Assembly: GCA_951406725.2 (NCBI GenBank)
Contig: OX597823.1
Coordinates: forward strand, 36,332,001-36,396,000
DNA length: 64,000 nucleotides
Source: Octopus vulgaris
Taxonomy: Eukaryota
Direction of reading: 5' to 3'
The notes beneath the pieces were generated by a model that had not been told where the DNA came from, searched no databases, and saw only the letters and a list, made by a program, of their open reading frames with translations. The number at the start of each line of letters is the position of its first letter. The first letter of the stretch is position 1. The translations under genes and the position numbers were made by a program. Below are positions 1-12,798 of this stretch, one piece after another.

Positions 1-282
1 CTAATGTTCAAAGGTCGCGCTTCACCACCTCGTCCCAGGTTTTCCAGGGTCTACCTCTTCCACAGGTTCCCTCAACTGCTAGGGTGTGGCACTTTTTCAC
101 ATAGCTATCTTCACCCATTCTTACCACATGACCATACCAGCACGATCATGTCTCTTGCACACCACAACTGATGCTTCTTAGGTCCAACTTTTCTCTCAAG
201 GTAGTTACACTGTCGAGTATGTACACTGACATTACACATCCATCGGAGCATACTAGCTTCATTCCTTGCGAGCTCAGACATG
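1..282 (-). mobile_element. RTE-clade LINE, 3' ORF fragment
   Basis: Minus-strand frames read LARNEASMLRWMCNVS..LREKL..WYGHVVRM..GRGRPWKTWDEVV, typical of an RTE ORF C-terminus; frameshifted. Similar fragments at about 5690-6430 and 45835-45980. Confidence 0.85.
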
Positions 283-341
283 TTATATATATATATATAT
301 ATATAAATATATATACACACATACACACACACACACACATA

Positions 342-1250
342 CGGGTTGGACAAAATAATGGAAACACCTAGCATCATAATTTTGAAATATCTATAAAACT
401 GTCAAAAGCTTGTTTATTTTTGTTTTATTACTAGTGTTGTTTAATATGTTTTTGCTAAAATTGCTGTTTCTTTTCAGATATCAGAAAAAGGTAATTAAAA
501 TTCATTAAAATGACAGATCTATTGGACTTTCAAAGAGGTCAAATTGTTGGTGCCCGTATGGCAGGCGCTAGCCTAATGAAAACAGCCGAAATGTTTGGTG
601 TATCAAGAAGCACCGTCTCGAAAGTAATGATAGCCTTTGAGAAAGAGGGAAAAACCTCCACATTGAAACAAAACTCTGGAAGAAAACCGAAACTTTCAGG
701 TAGGGTTCGTCAGACTCTTACACAAATTGTTAGAAAGGATCACAAAAGTACAGCTCCCAAAATGACTGCAGAGCTTAATGACCACCTCGAGAACCCAGTT
801 TCCACAAAAACTGTTTGCTGGGAGCTGCACAAAGCCAGATTTCATGGGAAGGCTTCAACCAGAAAACCACTACTTTTAAAAACAAATGTTGCAAAGCATT
901 TAGAGTGGAGTAAAAACCTACAGAATTAGTCCCTAGAGCAGTGGAAGAATGTTATTTTCTCGGACAAGTCATCCTTTATGTTATTTCCAGCACTGGCTGA
1001 GTATGCATGTGGAAACAGCCAAAAGAAGCATGTGACCCAGACTGCCTTCTTCCAACTGTTAAATATGGAGGAGGATCTGCGATGATCTGGGGCCTATATC
1101 TTGGCAATCCACCAGCTCAATGGTTTCCCTTCATGACAGAATTAAGAGTCAAGACTATTTAAGCATTTTATCTGATCAAATTTATCCTATGGTGGCGAAA
1201 CTGTTTCCAGAGGAAAAAACAATCTTTCAGGATGATAATGCACCAATTTT
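342..1250 (+). mobile_element. Tc1/mariner DNA transposon, 3' truncated
   Basis: TA followed by a TIR-like CGGGTTGGACAAAATAATGGAAACACC at 342; transposase homology 510-1248; no right TIR found. Confidence 0.9.
510..1248 (+). pseudogene. Tc1 transposase pseudogene
   Basis: Paired-like HTH (FQRGQIVGARMAGAS..AEMFGVSRSTVS), SGRKPKLS linker; TAG at 927-929 replaces W in NWSLEQWKNVIFSD; ends at FQDDNAP (second catalytic D) after frameshifts. Confidence 0.88.
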
Positions 1251-1522
1251 AAGAACTCTTTCTAGGTGAATATATTTGCTAAAAATGTCTTGAATTCAAT
1301 GGAATGTTATGGAGCACAGGGACAGCAGCTGTTAGTGCACGGCAGTGAAAAAAAAAAATCAACTAGTCAAAATGAATTGTGGAGGGAGAGTAAATAAATT
1401 GTTATGACCAGCATGCATAAAAATATACACACGTTTAAACTTTTACAGGGAAAAGGTTGATAGTAACTTAGAAATTCCGTTTGCCATCTGTTTGATGTTA
1501 AATTGCTTTTATATGATATAAA

Positions 1523-1563
<41 letters not shown>

Positions 1564-2324
1564 CCACTGAAGGAGTGGCTTTTCTGTTGATAAACATTAT
1601 AATTAGCTGTTTGTGTCCACCCTACCACTCAGATTTCCTCTCATTCATATAAATTTTATTTTATTTTCTCTCTATTCTGTAGCATTAGTGCAGACAGTTT
1701 CCTGCTGGGTTATACAGATCATTCAGCCACTACCTATTCTAAATTCAATACCTACTAGAGTCAACCGAATTAAAACAATACATTTACTGTTATTTATTGG
1801 ACTACAGAGTGTGTGTGTGTGTCCAGTGATTTAAGAAACAGTCAATAACTACCAAAATATCATCAAACCTCATGAGTAATATAATTAGGTAATAAGAGAT
1901 GGCAATTAAGTAAACAGATTCTTTATGGTATTCAAAACTCAAGGCCTCATTCTACAGTTTACATCCCAATAGAACTGATATTGTCTAGTGTCATTCCATA
2001 GTTGATAAGAAGTTAAGTTATTTAAACAAGCCAAATACCTAATCAAAATCCCCTTGCTCTAATAATCAACTCCCAACTCCTTTTTTTAATTACTAGTTGG
2101 AACAGACTTTTCTGCTCTTTGAAATATTCTTATATTTTGACCTGTCATCAACAGCCACAATGCTTTATCTTCCATCAGAAAATACAGAGGTATCTTCAAG
2201 GGTAGAGTTCTCTTGTCTAGAAATCTGACAGAGTTCATTTATCAGTTAATGAGTAGATAGTAGCTATACCTACTCTTCCATTACACCATTTATTTAATGG
2301 TCAATTTCAAAAACTAAATATGTA

Positions 2325-2683
2325 TACTCTTTTACTTGTTTCAGTCATTTGACTGTAGCCATGCTGAAGCACTGCCTTTAGTTGAGCAAATCGACCCCAG
2401 GACTTATTCTTTGGATGTCTAGTACTTATTCTATCGGTCCCTTTTGCTGAACTGCTAAGTTATGGGGACGTAAACACACCACCATCGGTTGTGAAGCGAT
2501 GGTGGGGAGGACAAACATACATACACACAACAGGCTTCTTTCAGTTTCCATCTACCAAATCCACTCACAAGACTTTGGTTGGCCCGAGGCTATAGAAGAC
2601 ACTTGCCCAAGGTGCCACACAGTGGAACTGAACCCGGAACCACGTGGTTTGTAAGCACTTACCACACAGCCACTCCTTTGCCT
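2325..2683 (-). mobile_element. tRNA-derived SINE (family A, octopus OR-type)
   Basis: Minus strand has A-box (GGAGTGGCTGTGTGG) and B-box (GGTTCAGTTCC) head and a CACCTTGGGCAAGTGTC core. Other copies at about 10060-10640, 13150-13310, 22020-22240, 23795-23990, 25840-25950, 56255-56630, 59372-59565, 62290-62390. Confidence 0.85.
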
Positions 2684-2815
2684 ATCCTATTTATGTGTAT
2701 TACTTTTCAAACTATTAACCATTTTCATACCAAATCTATCTAACTGAATAATTAATACAACAAAGGTTAAGATTATTAGTTTTTTAAACATTTTAATGTC
2801 AGTTTTTTTTTTTAA

Positions 2816-3003
2816 CTCTTGATACCAAATTGCCTTCGAACACTCCTAGTTCTATGATACAAGATTCTTGTTTTAAAGTGATCTAAATTCAAACCTTCCA
2901 TAAAAATTTCATGTTAACTTGTGTTCCAAATACCAGCTTAATAAAGTTATTTTATTAAATTCTTTACTATTTTCGAAACTAACTCAAATATGTAACAAAA
3001 GAG
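2816..3003. mobile_element. TTAA-flanked MITE (piggyBac-like)
   Basis: TTAA at 2812-2815 and 3004-3007, short TIR CTCTT/AAGAG; related copies at about 8545-8730 (inverted) and 57416-57592. Confidence 0.65.
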
Positions 3004-3431
3004 TTAAGAGTATTCAGGGACAGACTGAGACAACCCAGGTGAAAATAATGATGATGATGCTACTGGCTCTTTACTTGCTCCTTAATGTAATAAGAATACT
3101 ACTGGACAAGTGTGCAGACAGATAGTGGAAGACAGAAAGGATAGTGATAGATGGATAACTAGGGAACAGGTGGTTTTATTGACAAATCAATAAGAACTGG
3201 AAAGTGGTTATGGAATCAGAGAAAATTATTTACAAGTTCCATTTATTCAACCATTTATGTTGCTCCCCAAATGTAGGAATAACAAAGCTCAGTGCTTGTA
3301 AGATAGCAAGTGTTATAATAGGAACTGACAGTTGGTGTCTTTAAGGTTTGCTATTACAATAGAATTTTATACCATATGTGCCTGTATATGTCTGAGAGAG
3401 AAAAATAAACAGTGAAGTAAACAAAGAGCAG

Positions 3432-3445
3432 GTTGCCATAGCAAC
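3432..3445. promoter_or_regulatory. RFX X-box motif
   Basis: GTTGCCATAGCAAC matches the canonical X-box consensus and lies in unique sequence; function not shown. Confidence 0.35.
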
Positions 3446-3623
3446 ATATACATAAGGATTGAGTGTAGGGAGATAATGGTGATAGACTGGTAAATGTGTA
3501 GAAAGGAAGAGAAGATTAATATAAAAAGTAAAGATGAAAGGAAGAATATGAAAAAGATCTGTTAGATAAATGTGGAAAGTGGTAAAAATGTTAAGGAATA
3601 ATGAAGAAAAAACTGTACATGTA

Positions 3624-3626
<3 letters not shown>

Positions 3627-3680
<54 letters not shown>
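3627..3680. repeat. (GT)n microsatellite
   Basis: Perfect GT run. Confidence 0.98.
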
Positions 3681-3681
<1 letters not shown>

Positions 3682-3864
3682 ACTCATGAAGCTAGTTTCT
3701 GCTCAACTTCACAACACTGTCATGCTTTAATAAATGTGTACAAAAAACCAGATTGTCTGCATTTTGGGATTACAGAAGATCCGTGGTCTCTACGGAATTT
3801 CCTGAGACCCTTGGCAGTTGGTGCATATTGTATATGTCATTTTTGTTAATAAAAGGCTCAGATA

Positions 3865-4080
3865 AGGTGGAGAGATGGCAGAATCATTAGCATGCCAGAC
3901 AAAATACTTAAAGGCATTTCATATGCCTTTATGTCTTGAATTCAAATTCTGCCGAGATTGACTATGTCTTTCATCCATTCAGGTTTGATAAAATAAGTAC
4001 TAGTAATATACTGTGGTCAATATAATGAGGATTACCACCTCTCGGGAATTCCTGACCTTGTGCCAAAATTTGAAACCAAT
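3865..4080 (+). mobile_element. MetaSINE-domain SINE (family B)
   Basis: Head GGTGGAGAGATGGCAGAAT, B-box-like GAATTCAAATTC, Meta-domain-like TTTCATCC..GATAAAATAAGTAC. Further copies at about 56668-56810, 58040-58250 and in the 36.6-45.2 kb cluster. Confidence 0.8.
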
Positions 4081-4949
4081 ATAGGGCCCAGAGTTTCAAC
4101 ATCTATTTGGAGTAAAACAGAGTGCAAAATGAAGTAATTTGATGGTCAATAAGTAACCATAGGTAGAGCAATTATTATAGAAAGTTAACATCTTGGTATC
4201 TTCATGGTTGTTAAATGTTCTATTTCCAATGTAGACAGAGTCAAGGAATAAACATTTTCTTTCATATTCAGAAAGTTGAGAAAAAATAAAGGTATTCATT
4301 CATACAATTAATATAGACTATGTTGCTCTCTGCTAAAGTGACTGGGATCCTTATTGAATTGCTAAGCAACAGTTTCCAACCTTTTCACTAGCAAGGACCT
4401 CTCATATAAGTTAGCTTCTACCCCAAAGGCCATGGATTCAAAAATGTGGTGTTAAGGTCTTCTAATTTCAGTTTAGTGAGAAACTGATTTAATGCACAAT
4501 GTTTGGTCACTTTAGCAATATTTTAAAAAGGATATTTCCCTATAATTTAGAAATTAAGAGTAACAATAAACATGCAATATAATTAGAAGCCAAGAAGTTT
4601 CAGGGTGGTCACAGACAATTTTCAGGAAGTGTTCTCTTTTACTTTCTCTAATATTAGTAATTAGGTACAGGAACAAGCAGCACCAGCAGGTTGAATACAT
4701 TCATGTGTGTGCACAGTGTATTCAATATTTAATGAGAGATTAGTCTTAAACATTTACTTTGGGAAATTTAGCCAGACAGAAAGCTGCACTTAATAGAGTT
4801 GAATGTGCTGAATACTAGAAATCAAATCATTCCTTTGGCCAAATGGGGAAAATGTGACACAAAGCTGATAAAGCAAAAAGGATAACATCTTGTGAAACTG
4901 TAATTGAAACTCGCTGCTGCATGCAGCCTATTTGAAGTATATTACATAT

Positions 4950-5190
4950 ATCATCATTATCATCATTTAATGTCAGTCTTCCATGCTGGCAAGCCAGAGG
5001 ACTGCACCAAGCTCCACTGTCTGTTTGGCATAGTTTTTATGGCTGGATACCCTTTCTAATGCCAACTACTTTACAGAGCAGACTGGATTCTTTTTACATA
5101 GCATCAGCATTGGCAATGTCTGTTTTGGCATGGTTTTTATGACTGGATGCTTTTTATGTGACACCAGCAAGGTCACCAAGTAATTTGCAA
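4950..5190 (-). mobile_element. (GAT)n-tailed SINE-like element (family C, RTE-related)
   Basis: CATCAT tail plus GCTGGATGCCCTTCCTAA-like domain. Other copies at about 10267-10495, 12940-13140, 16703-17050, 20322-20700, 27507-27790, 40345-40640 (minus) and 46535-46731, 53880-54127 (plus). Confidence 0.75.
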
Positions 5191-5689
5191 GACAAAGATC
5201 TTTTGAAAGCAGGGTTGTATTGAAGAAGGTGGCTTTGTACCAGGTGATGAAGGGTTAGAATATGACAGGGAGGAGGAGAGGGAAAAGGGGAAGTGGGAGT
5301 GTGAAAGAGATGGTGATGCTGTGCCAGAGAATAATCTCAAGGTACTAGGATGTGAATATAACTGGGATGGTAGAAGATTGCCCAGGGTGTAAGAGTAAGG
5401 AGTTCACATGAATGCAAAAAACAAAACAAAAAAAAAACTGGGTACATACGAGGGGACAAGAGGATAGCAATGATACAGTGGGCAAGGCAAGGAGGACAGG
5501 GTTGGAGAGAGAGAGAGAGATAAGCGTAGTGCATGAAGAAGGATATGTAAGGAAAAGATATGAGGTTTGGTTTACAGGAGCAGGGTATGTAAAAATTTTT
5601 AGGTTACATGTGGGTGGAGCACAGCACCTCCAGAACTCAGTTCTGCTGAGGTGGGTGGGTCTTCTCAAGAACCTCATATCACCAGAAAT

Positions 5690-6430
5690 CTCGGTCCATT
5701 GTCATGTCCTCTCAACATCTTGAAATTGACCCTCACTACTTCATCTCATGACTTCCTGGGTATCTCTCTCCTACATGTGCCATCCACTTTAAGCAGTCAG
5801 CACTTCTTTATACAGCTGTTTTCATTCATATGCATTAAATGTCCAAACAGTCTTTTCTTTTGCATGCTGCATCTGATACCTCTTATGCCCAACTTTTCTC
5901 TCAGCATATTTGCACTGTCATATATGCATACTGATGTTGCATATCCACTGGAGCATACTAACTTCATTCCTCTCTAGTTATGCAGGTCTTCTACATTTAG
6001 GACCAACATCTCACTACCATGGAGTATAGCTGCTCATGCACAAGCATCAAACAATTTGCTTTTCACTCAGTACTTTTGTTGTCAACATAGGTAATAGCTC
6101 TCTGAACTTCCTCCATCCTATTCTAGCAACAATACTTTCACAACATTCTCTGCCACTGCTAATTTGGTTCCCTATGTAACACAAACTATCTACAATCATC
6201 TGGGTATTTGAGAGAGTCTAATTCCCATGTGTTCCTAGAGCTTATTGTTCCTGCAAATCTGCTACATACAAAGACAGCTGTTGACCTACCTGTGATTCCA
6301 CTGCACCTATTATAATGTAAATAGCTTTGTACTGGGTGCAACAAATGGAATTTCTTCAAACACCTTTCCTAGATATTTAATTGAGTCATTTACCTAACAA
6401 AAATTGTCTTATCTGCTTTCTTCTTAACAA
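5690..6430 (-). mobile_element. RTE LINE fragment
   Basis: Homologous to 1-282 (CCACTGGAGCATACTAACTTCATTCC) and extends upstream into post-RT sequence; many stops. Confidence 0.75.
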
Positions 6431-6469
6431 CTTTGGTATTCACTACATTGACTAAGACTTTCTGATTCC

Positions 6470-8255
6470 AGGTTCTCCACCAATCCCCTATAGAATGTTT
6501 TTGTAATGCAGTCACTCAAGGTTGACCCAGGATGGCAGAGTTGCTCGAGAGCAATGCGACACTTGTGATGCCATTTGCCCTTCCTCGGCCTCTTCTTGAT
6601 CCACATCTGCACTTCGGACATGGAGATGAGCTGCAGGAAAGCACGCCTCACAAAGGCGAACACACCCATTCACTATCGTCTGCTTAGAGCAGGAGATGTC
6701 ACAGTCTCAGTGCATGTCTGTGCATCATTAACCACGGCATACCCAGCCATCCTTTTAGCAGGTGCTGGCCACAAATGGATCACCTGGCCTTCGAAACACT
6801 TCCTTTCCACAAGAAGTGGAAGAGGATGCGTTCCAGTTTGGTGATGGTAGGGTCAGGACAAGGCATGACGGTCAGGCAGTAGCAGATGATGGACGTGATG
6901 TACGCTTTCACCACCTCCACCAGACCTTTTAGGGACAGTTTCCTCCTGGCTCTTTGCTGAGCGAGAGTGGCCACCCAACTCATTATTTCATCCCAGTTCT
7001 TCTCCATTTGGAGGTCTGGACAAAACCAGACCCTGAGCAACTTAACCAGACCATCGGTTCAGGGTCCTGCAATGGAGGCGCTGCTGGATGGCATGGGCTT
7101 GCCTCTCAAGATGCCAAGCTGCAAGCCCACTGACTTTTCCCGGTTAAACTTTACTCCCATTACCGCATCGTAGTCTTCCAGTGTCTTTCCGACCAGCTCG
7201 ATGTGATTGTGGCTAGACACTATGATGATGACGGCTGCATATTTGGACATGCTTGTACCATATCCCAATTCTTGTGGGATGCCCCTCAGTATCGACAACT
7301 TCTGCAGTAGTGGCTCAAGAGTCAATATGTACAGAAGTGACGAGAGGGGGCATCCTGACAGCTGAAACATGCAATGTCGAATAGTCTGGATAGATGCCCA
7401 CTCAGGCGAACTACCGAACGGATGCCTCTGTATAAAGCAGCGATCCAGCTGAGGAAGGCAGGACCAAAACCAGCCACTAAGAGGACAGCCTCCAAGTATT
7501 GATGGTCTACCCTATCGAAAGCTTTGAATTGATCCAAATTGTTCAGTACCCAACCCATGCCAGGTTCCTTAACTACCCTGTCTATGATGTAGCGCATGAA
7601 GTGGAGGTTGTCACGAATGCTCTGGTCCGGCACAGCGCACATTTGCACCTTGTCAACCAGTTCCCCAATGACAAGTGCCAACCTCCCTGCTAACACCTTG
7701 GCCAGAATTTTCAAATTTGCATTAAGCAGAGTGATGGGCCTAAAGTTATCTATTATGTTCCTCTTGTTTGGATCTTTCTTTAGCAGTGTTACAGCTCCTC
7801 GGCTCACAGAACTGGGGATACACCCATTTTGCTGCCAAGATGTCTCCTAACAAGTCTGGCATATAACCATAAAGCCCGTAGGCAGACCATCCAAGCCCGG
7901 CAATTTGTCCCTCGAGCAGTTTCCTATTGCATCCTGTACATCCACTACTGTGATGGCACCTTCACAACACTCCGCCTCTCTTGCTGAGAGTTGTGGCAGG
8001 CTATGCAGGTAGGCACTGAAATCCACCCTGCGTTCTGGTTAGCCAGTTGTCCCAAACAGTCGGGCAAAGTGCTGTTGAAAGGCCTCGCACATTTTTCTAG
8101 GCTATCAGAGAACAAATAGTGGCTTTGTTGTGCCTCTGCCACTTGGGCAGCTTCAATACCTTTGTTTCTTAGAGCATGCATCCTAGCTCTGACAACGCAT
8201 CCTTCATGTTTGGTGTTGAAGTGTTGGTCAAAGGCCAACCTCGCTGCCAATACCT
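6470..8255 (-). mobile_element. L1/Tx1-clade LINE ORF2 (reverse transcriptase) fragment
   Basis: VTLLKKDP..NFRPITLLNANLKILAKVLA, DQFKAFDRVDHQYL, GCPLSSLLYILTLEPLL, LERILFHFLWKG; GC-richer than flanks; frameshifted. Confidence 0.9.
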
Positions 8256-10059
8256 TCTGTATATTTATTAGTAAATATTGCTCAATCCTCCCTTCTCTCT
8301 CCCCTGTCTCTATATGTGAATGCAAATGATTTTGTCTGTCCATTTACAAAGGGAGAGAGTATGGGTTTGACTAGTGTTTTCAGTGTCGTCTGAGATTTGT
8401 TAGTTCAAAAACAGCTACCTTGGGGAATGTTCAGAAAGCTGAGGTGGGAGAGGAGAAAAAAACACAAGACCTGCTAATTCATGGCTCAGCATATCAGTAA
8501 TACATATTTTAATGATGCCAGTGGGATAAAAGAAATTGAATTGACCCTTTAGTTACCATATTTCCACTGAAGTATACTTGGTTTCAATGAATTTAGTAAA
8601 TTTATCAGGAAGCAAGTGTTTGGGAGAATAAATCAATTTTGATGGAATATTTTAATTTAGATCACTTCAAACAGGAAATTTCTATCACAGAACCACCAGG
8701 CAATCTCAAACCAAATTGTTATCAAAATGGTTGAGAGCTGTGTATGTAAAATGTTAAAATATTGTTAAATCCCTTTATACACCAAGAACTCTGCACCTGC
8801 AGATATCTAGGATATTCAAACGAATTGAAGCCATGTCTCTCAACACCCAAAGAGGTCAATAATACATTTCACAACTGTAATAAACAAGGAAGTCACTCAT
8901 TTTAAACTTCATCTGGTACAAACATATTTGTGAAACTGAAATCAAGTTGAGCCATAAATCAACCCTAATAAAAAGGACCTAAAATCAAAGGCTGTTCTGC
9001 CATGACCATCTTGTATTCAGTTTAGACTGTAGCAGTAGATTAAATATGTCTACCTCTTTAAGAGGTTGGAGAGTGAGAAATTAGATGGAAGTTTATGTCT
9101 AGCATGTCAAGCAACCATATAGAAGCTGTCTTGTTAGCATGTAATCTGAGATTAAATTGCAAGTAAGGGTGAGTTGCAATCCTGCAAAGTCTAGAGATCA
9201 GATCCTATTATAATAGCTGTGGAAGAAGCACAGCAATAACATCAAAAATGTGATTTTCTTTCATAAAAGAGAGGCTTTCAATAAAGGATGGATACATTGT
9301 CAAGGTGAAAGTAGTTTTCTTCTGAAAATGAGGTGCAAGTGGTTTTCTTCAAATGTACTCTGTTATTAGAAACACTATGATCAAAATCTGTCACTGCTCA
9401 CTAATGTGTAAATTTTATATAAGAAATTAATGAACAACTAGTTCAATCAAATATTTATTACTTGCTTGTGAACAAGCAGATTTTAGCTATTACTACAATT
9501 CATTATTGGCAAGTAATATAAATAAAAATATTGGCTTAGAGGAGTTATTGAGCACATTATGTAACCTGCTTCAACAAAACTCTACATCTCAATTTATTAT
9601 TTAGTACAGTTAAGTGGTCAAAAACTATCATTGAAATTAATCAACCATATCCACTTGGAGTAGTCTATGAAAACAAGAACCAATCAGAGAACAGCTATTT
9701 GTAGACAATCAAGATACTGACATGTGATGATTGTGTGTTTCTTTGTTCATTAAATTTGATGATGACCCAGCAAATGAAAAAAAACAAAACAAAGGCAATG
9801 ATGAAAAGAGGAGATGCTGCTTGAACTTCTATTTGTCCACTAGTATTTTGTAGGTCACCTATCAGCCTGTTCTCATGACTATGAAAAACAAGCACCACTA
9901 AAACAACTAGGAAGCAATTATCTGTGACAGGCTTATGATTCCAAAAGGATTAATTGTCCCTTTCTAGTTCAATGTACAGAGTTAAATACTGATGTTATAG
10001 CTCCATGTTGGAGTGGGAAAGGGTTTGCCAATAATTCCTAATATTCAAATGATTAACCA

Positions 10060-10492
10060 TACTCTTACTCTTTTACTTGTTTCAGTCACTTGACTGTGGC
10101 CATGCTAGAGCACCGCCTTTAGTCGAGCAAATCGACTCCTTGACATTCTTTGTAAGCCTAGTACTTATTCTATTGGTCTCTTTTGCCAAACTGCTAAGTT
10201 ACGGGGATGTAAACACACCAGCATCGGTTGTCAAGCGATGGGGACAAACACAGACACACAAACGTACATCATCATCATCGTTTAATGTCTGCTTTCCATG
10301 CTAGCATGGGTTGGACGGTTCAACTGGGGTCTGGCGAGCCCGAAGGCTGCACCAGGCCAGTCAGATCTGGCAGTGTTTCTACAGCTGGATGCCCTTCCTA
10401 ACGCCAACCACTCCGAGAGTGTAGTGGGTGATTTTATGTGCCACCGACACAGGTGCCAGACGAAGCTGGCAGACGGCCACGCTCGGATGGTG

Positions 10493-10541
<49 letters not shown>

Positions 10542-10640
10542 GACGGGCTTCTTTCAGTTTCCGTCTACCAAATCCACTCACAAGGCTATGGTCGGCCCAA
10601 GGCTATAGTAGAAGACACTTGCCCAAGGTGCCACGCAGTG
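10060..10640 (-). mobile_element. Family A SINE with family C segment (10267-10495) and (TA)n
   Basis: Both flanks match 2325-2683; the internal segment carries the (GAT)n tail and AGGAAGGGCATCCAGC domain. Confidence 0.8.
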
Positions 10641-12774
10641 TCTTGACTCCTCATAGAAAATGAGGATTACAGTATCAAACTTTAAAACAATGTACAGCAA
10701 GAGAGCCTCTACATGATTGTTTGACTTGTAAGAAATAATAGCCAAATCTCCTTCAAATCACCACACTATCTTAAAACTGTAAAGATATCAAATAATATTG
10801 TCCTATTTATATAATACAAGGAAAAGGCAACAAGAGGCTCAAAAGTGAAACAACCGTTATCATGTCTGCTTATTCAGGATTAAACTGGGGCTAAATACAT
10901 TTAACCTTGCTCTGCCTACTAAATATCAAGGCAGTCATTCAAGTTTTTAATAGACACTATTTCACACCAACAACCTATCATATTCCTGTTACTACTCCCT
11001 CAGTAGCCTTGTGTTCACTTGAGATATCAGTCATTTGAACTGATCTGTTTCTATTTTTGCACCAAACATTACATCCTTTTCAATAGGCATCACCATGTGG
11101 AACTCCTTTGCTATGATTCAGCTTCATAAGATGAATCAATAATACTCAACATAGCCTTCCTTTCTTGCTTTGCAATAATTTCAAATTTGTTCCAAGTCTG
11201 CTGACATTGTGTTTCATTCTTGTAAAAAAGTTGATGTACAAAAACTTCAATTAACTTAAATTACACTTATGCTGCCTATCTTTAACCCTTTTGTTACCCA
11301 ATTTCTGATGAAATACATTGCCTGTGTTAAAATTTAGTTTGAAAATAATTTTAAGAAAATCTATTAAAGTACCCAGATTATCAAAATGAACTATTAGTCC
11401 AAGCTGAAATGCCTGATTGATTTCCTGTAAGAAATAATGTTCAAACAGAATCTTCAGTTGGTTTTCAATAGTAGAGTATTTGAAGCAACAAAATCTATTA
11501 AGCAAATGTATTACAGGGTTATTCACATCTAGGTAGGTTATATGGCCCTCAGTACAAGTACCTTTGCCATCAGCTAATCAAGTACAAACTTGATTCTCTG
11601 CTAATATTGCAAAAATTCAATGCACAATCCTACACAAACATTACACAAGGTGCTACACATTATTACAACTCCATTTTTACACACAAAATACCCATCTGAG
11701 TTGCAGTTTTATCATTCATATTGCAATATTCCATTATTTTGCTGTAACTCTTTAGTAAATTTAAAGTTCTTGGGTATTAGTAAATATAACAAATCACAAC
11801 AGGATTGATGCAGTTAGATTTTAGGAATTCTAATTCCTAAGCATTCTCTCTCTCTACATCAGCATAGTATTTCTTAATATAGAATTGAAAATATCTAATG
11901 CTAGTTTTACCAAAGATTATATCATTAAGATATTAACCTTGGTTATTTCTTTCTTTACAAATAATTATAAATCATGGTAACTTTAGCCACAGTTATAATA
12001 TGGAATTACATTGGACTTGACAATTCAGGCCAAATAAAAATCAATGACACTATTTACTAAATGTATTAGGCAATATTTAATATTCACAAACAGATTTTAA
12101 TGCTTAGAGAACTGTCTTTTGAACATTATTCTCTTACTAGTTCTAGTTGTTGCCATACTGGGAAACATTAAATCAATTTTTAAGCCTGCTTCTGTTGAGA
12201 ACTATGATTACAACAAAAAACAAATAAGAGTCCACTTAAAACCTAATCATACTTGGTTTTAAATAATTACCAACTAGCATTGAATAATTTTTGTACCCCT
12301 TCATCCTCAGATCTAAAATGTGTTTTTCAGTCCAAGTATCAAAATGCAGAAAGTGAAATAATTCAATTAAACACTTTAAGTGGTGCTAAGAACCAGCTAA
12401 TACATGATTGAAGCCTCGGAAGTAAAACAATTCTATCTTAAAACAACAGCTGCTCTGGATACCGTGTAAAACAAATTCACACATGTCACAGCAAATATCC
12501 ATATTCACATTTTTTTTTTAAAGAACTTAACATTGCTTTTCTTTCGAAGGTTGGATATCTTTCACTTATTACTTCACAGCTTCTGTCTGGAAATGTTGCT
12601 TAACAGTACCAACACATGCACCGTTTAAGAAAAAAAAAAAAAAATGTATATTGAGAATAGATACTTAAATAATGAAAAGAAAAAGAGTGAATGTAGAAGG
12701 GCAAGCTCATTGTAACAAGATATTGTAAAGCAGGAAAGAGAATCTGAGAATATGATTGTGACACCTAGACTTAC

Positions 12775-12798
12775 GCAAGGCTGACAAACTGCTGTATG
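12775..12798 (-). CDS. Candidate 24-nt microexon of an unidentified minus-strand gene
   Basis: TTATTTTCTCCTCTACATGTCTTAG|CATACAGCAGTTTGTCAGCCTTGC|GTAAGT; length divisible by 3, open in all three frames, unique sequence. Confidence 0.4.

Noticed and set aside
2625-2683. tRNA gene
   Set aside because: A and B boxes belong to a SINE head; no full cloverleaf.
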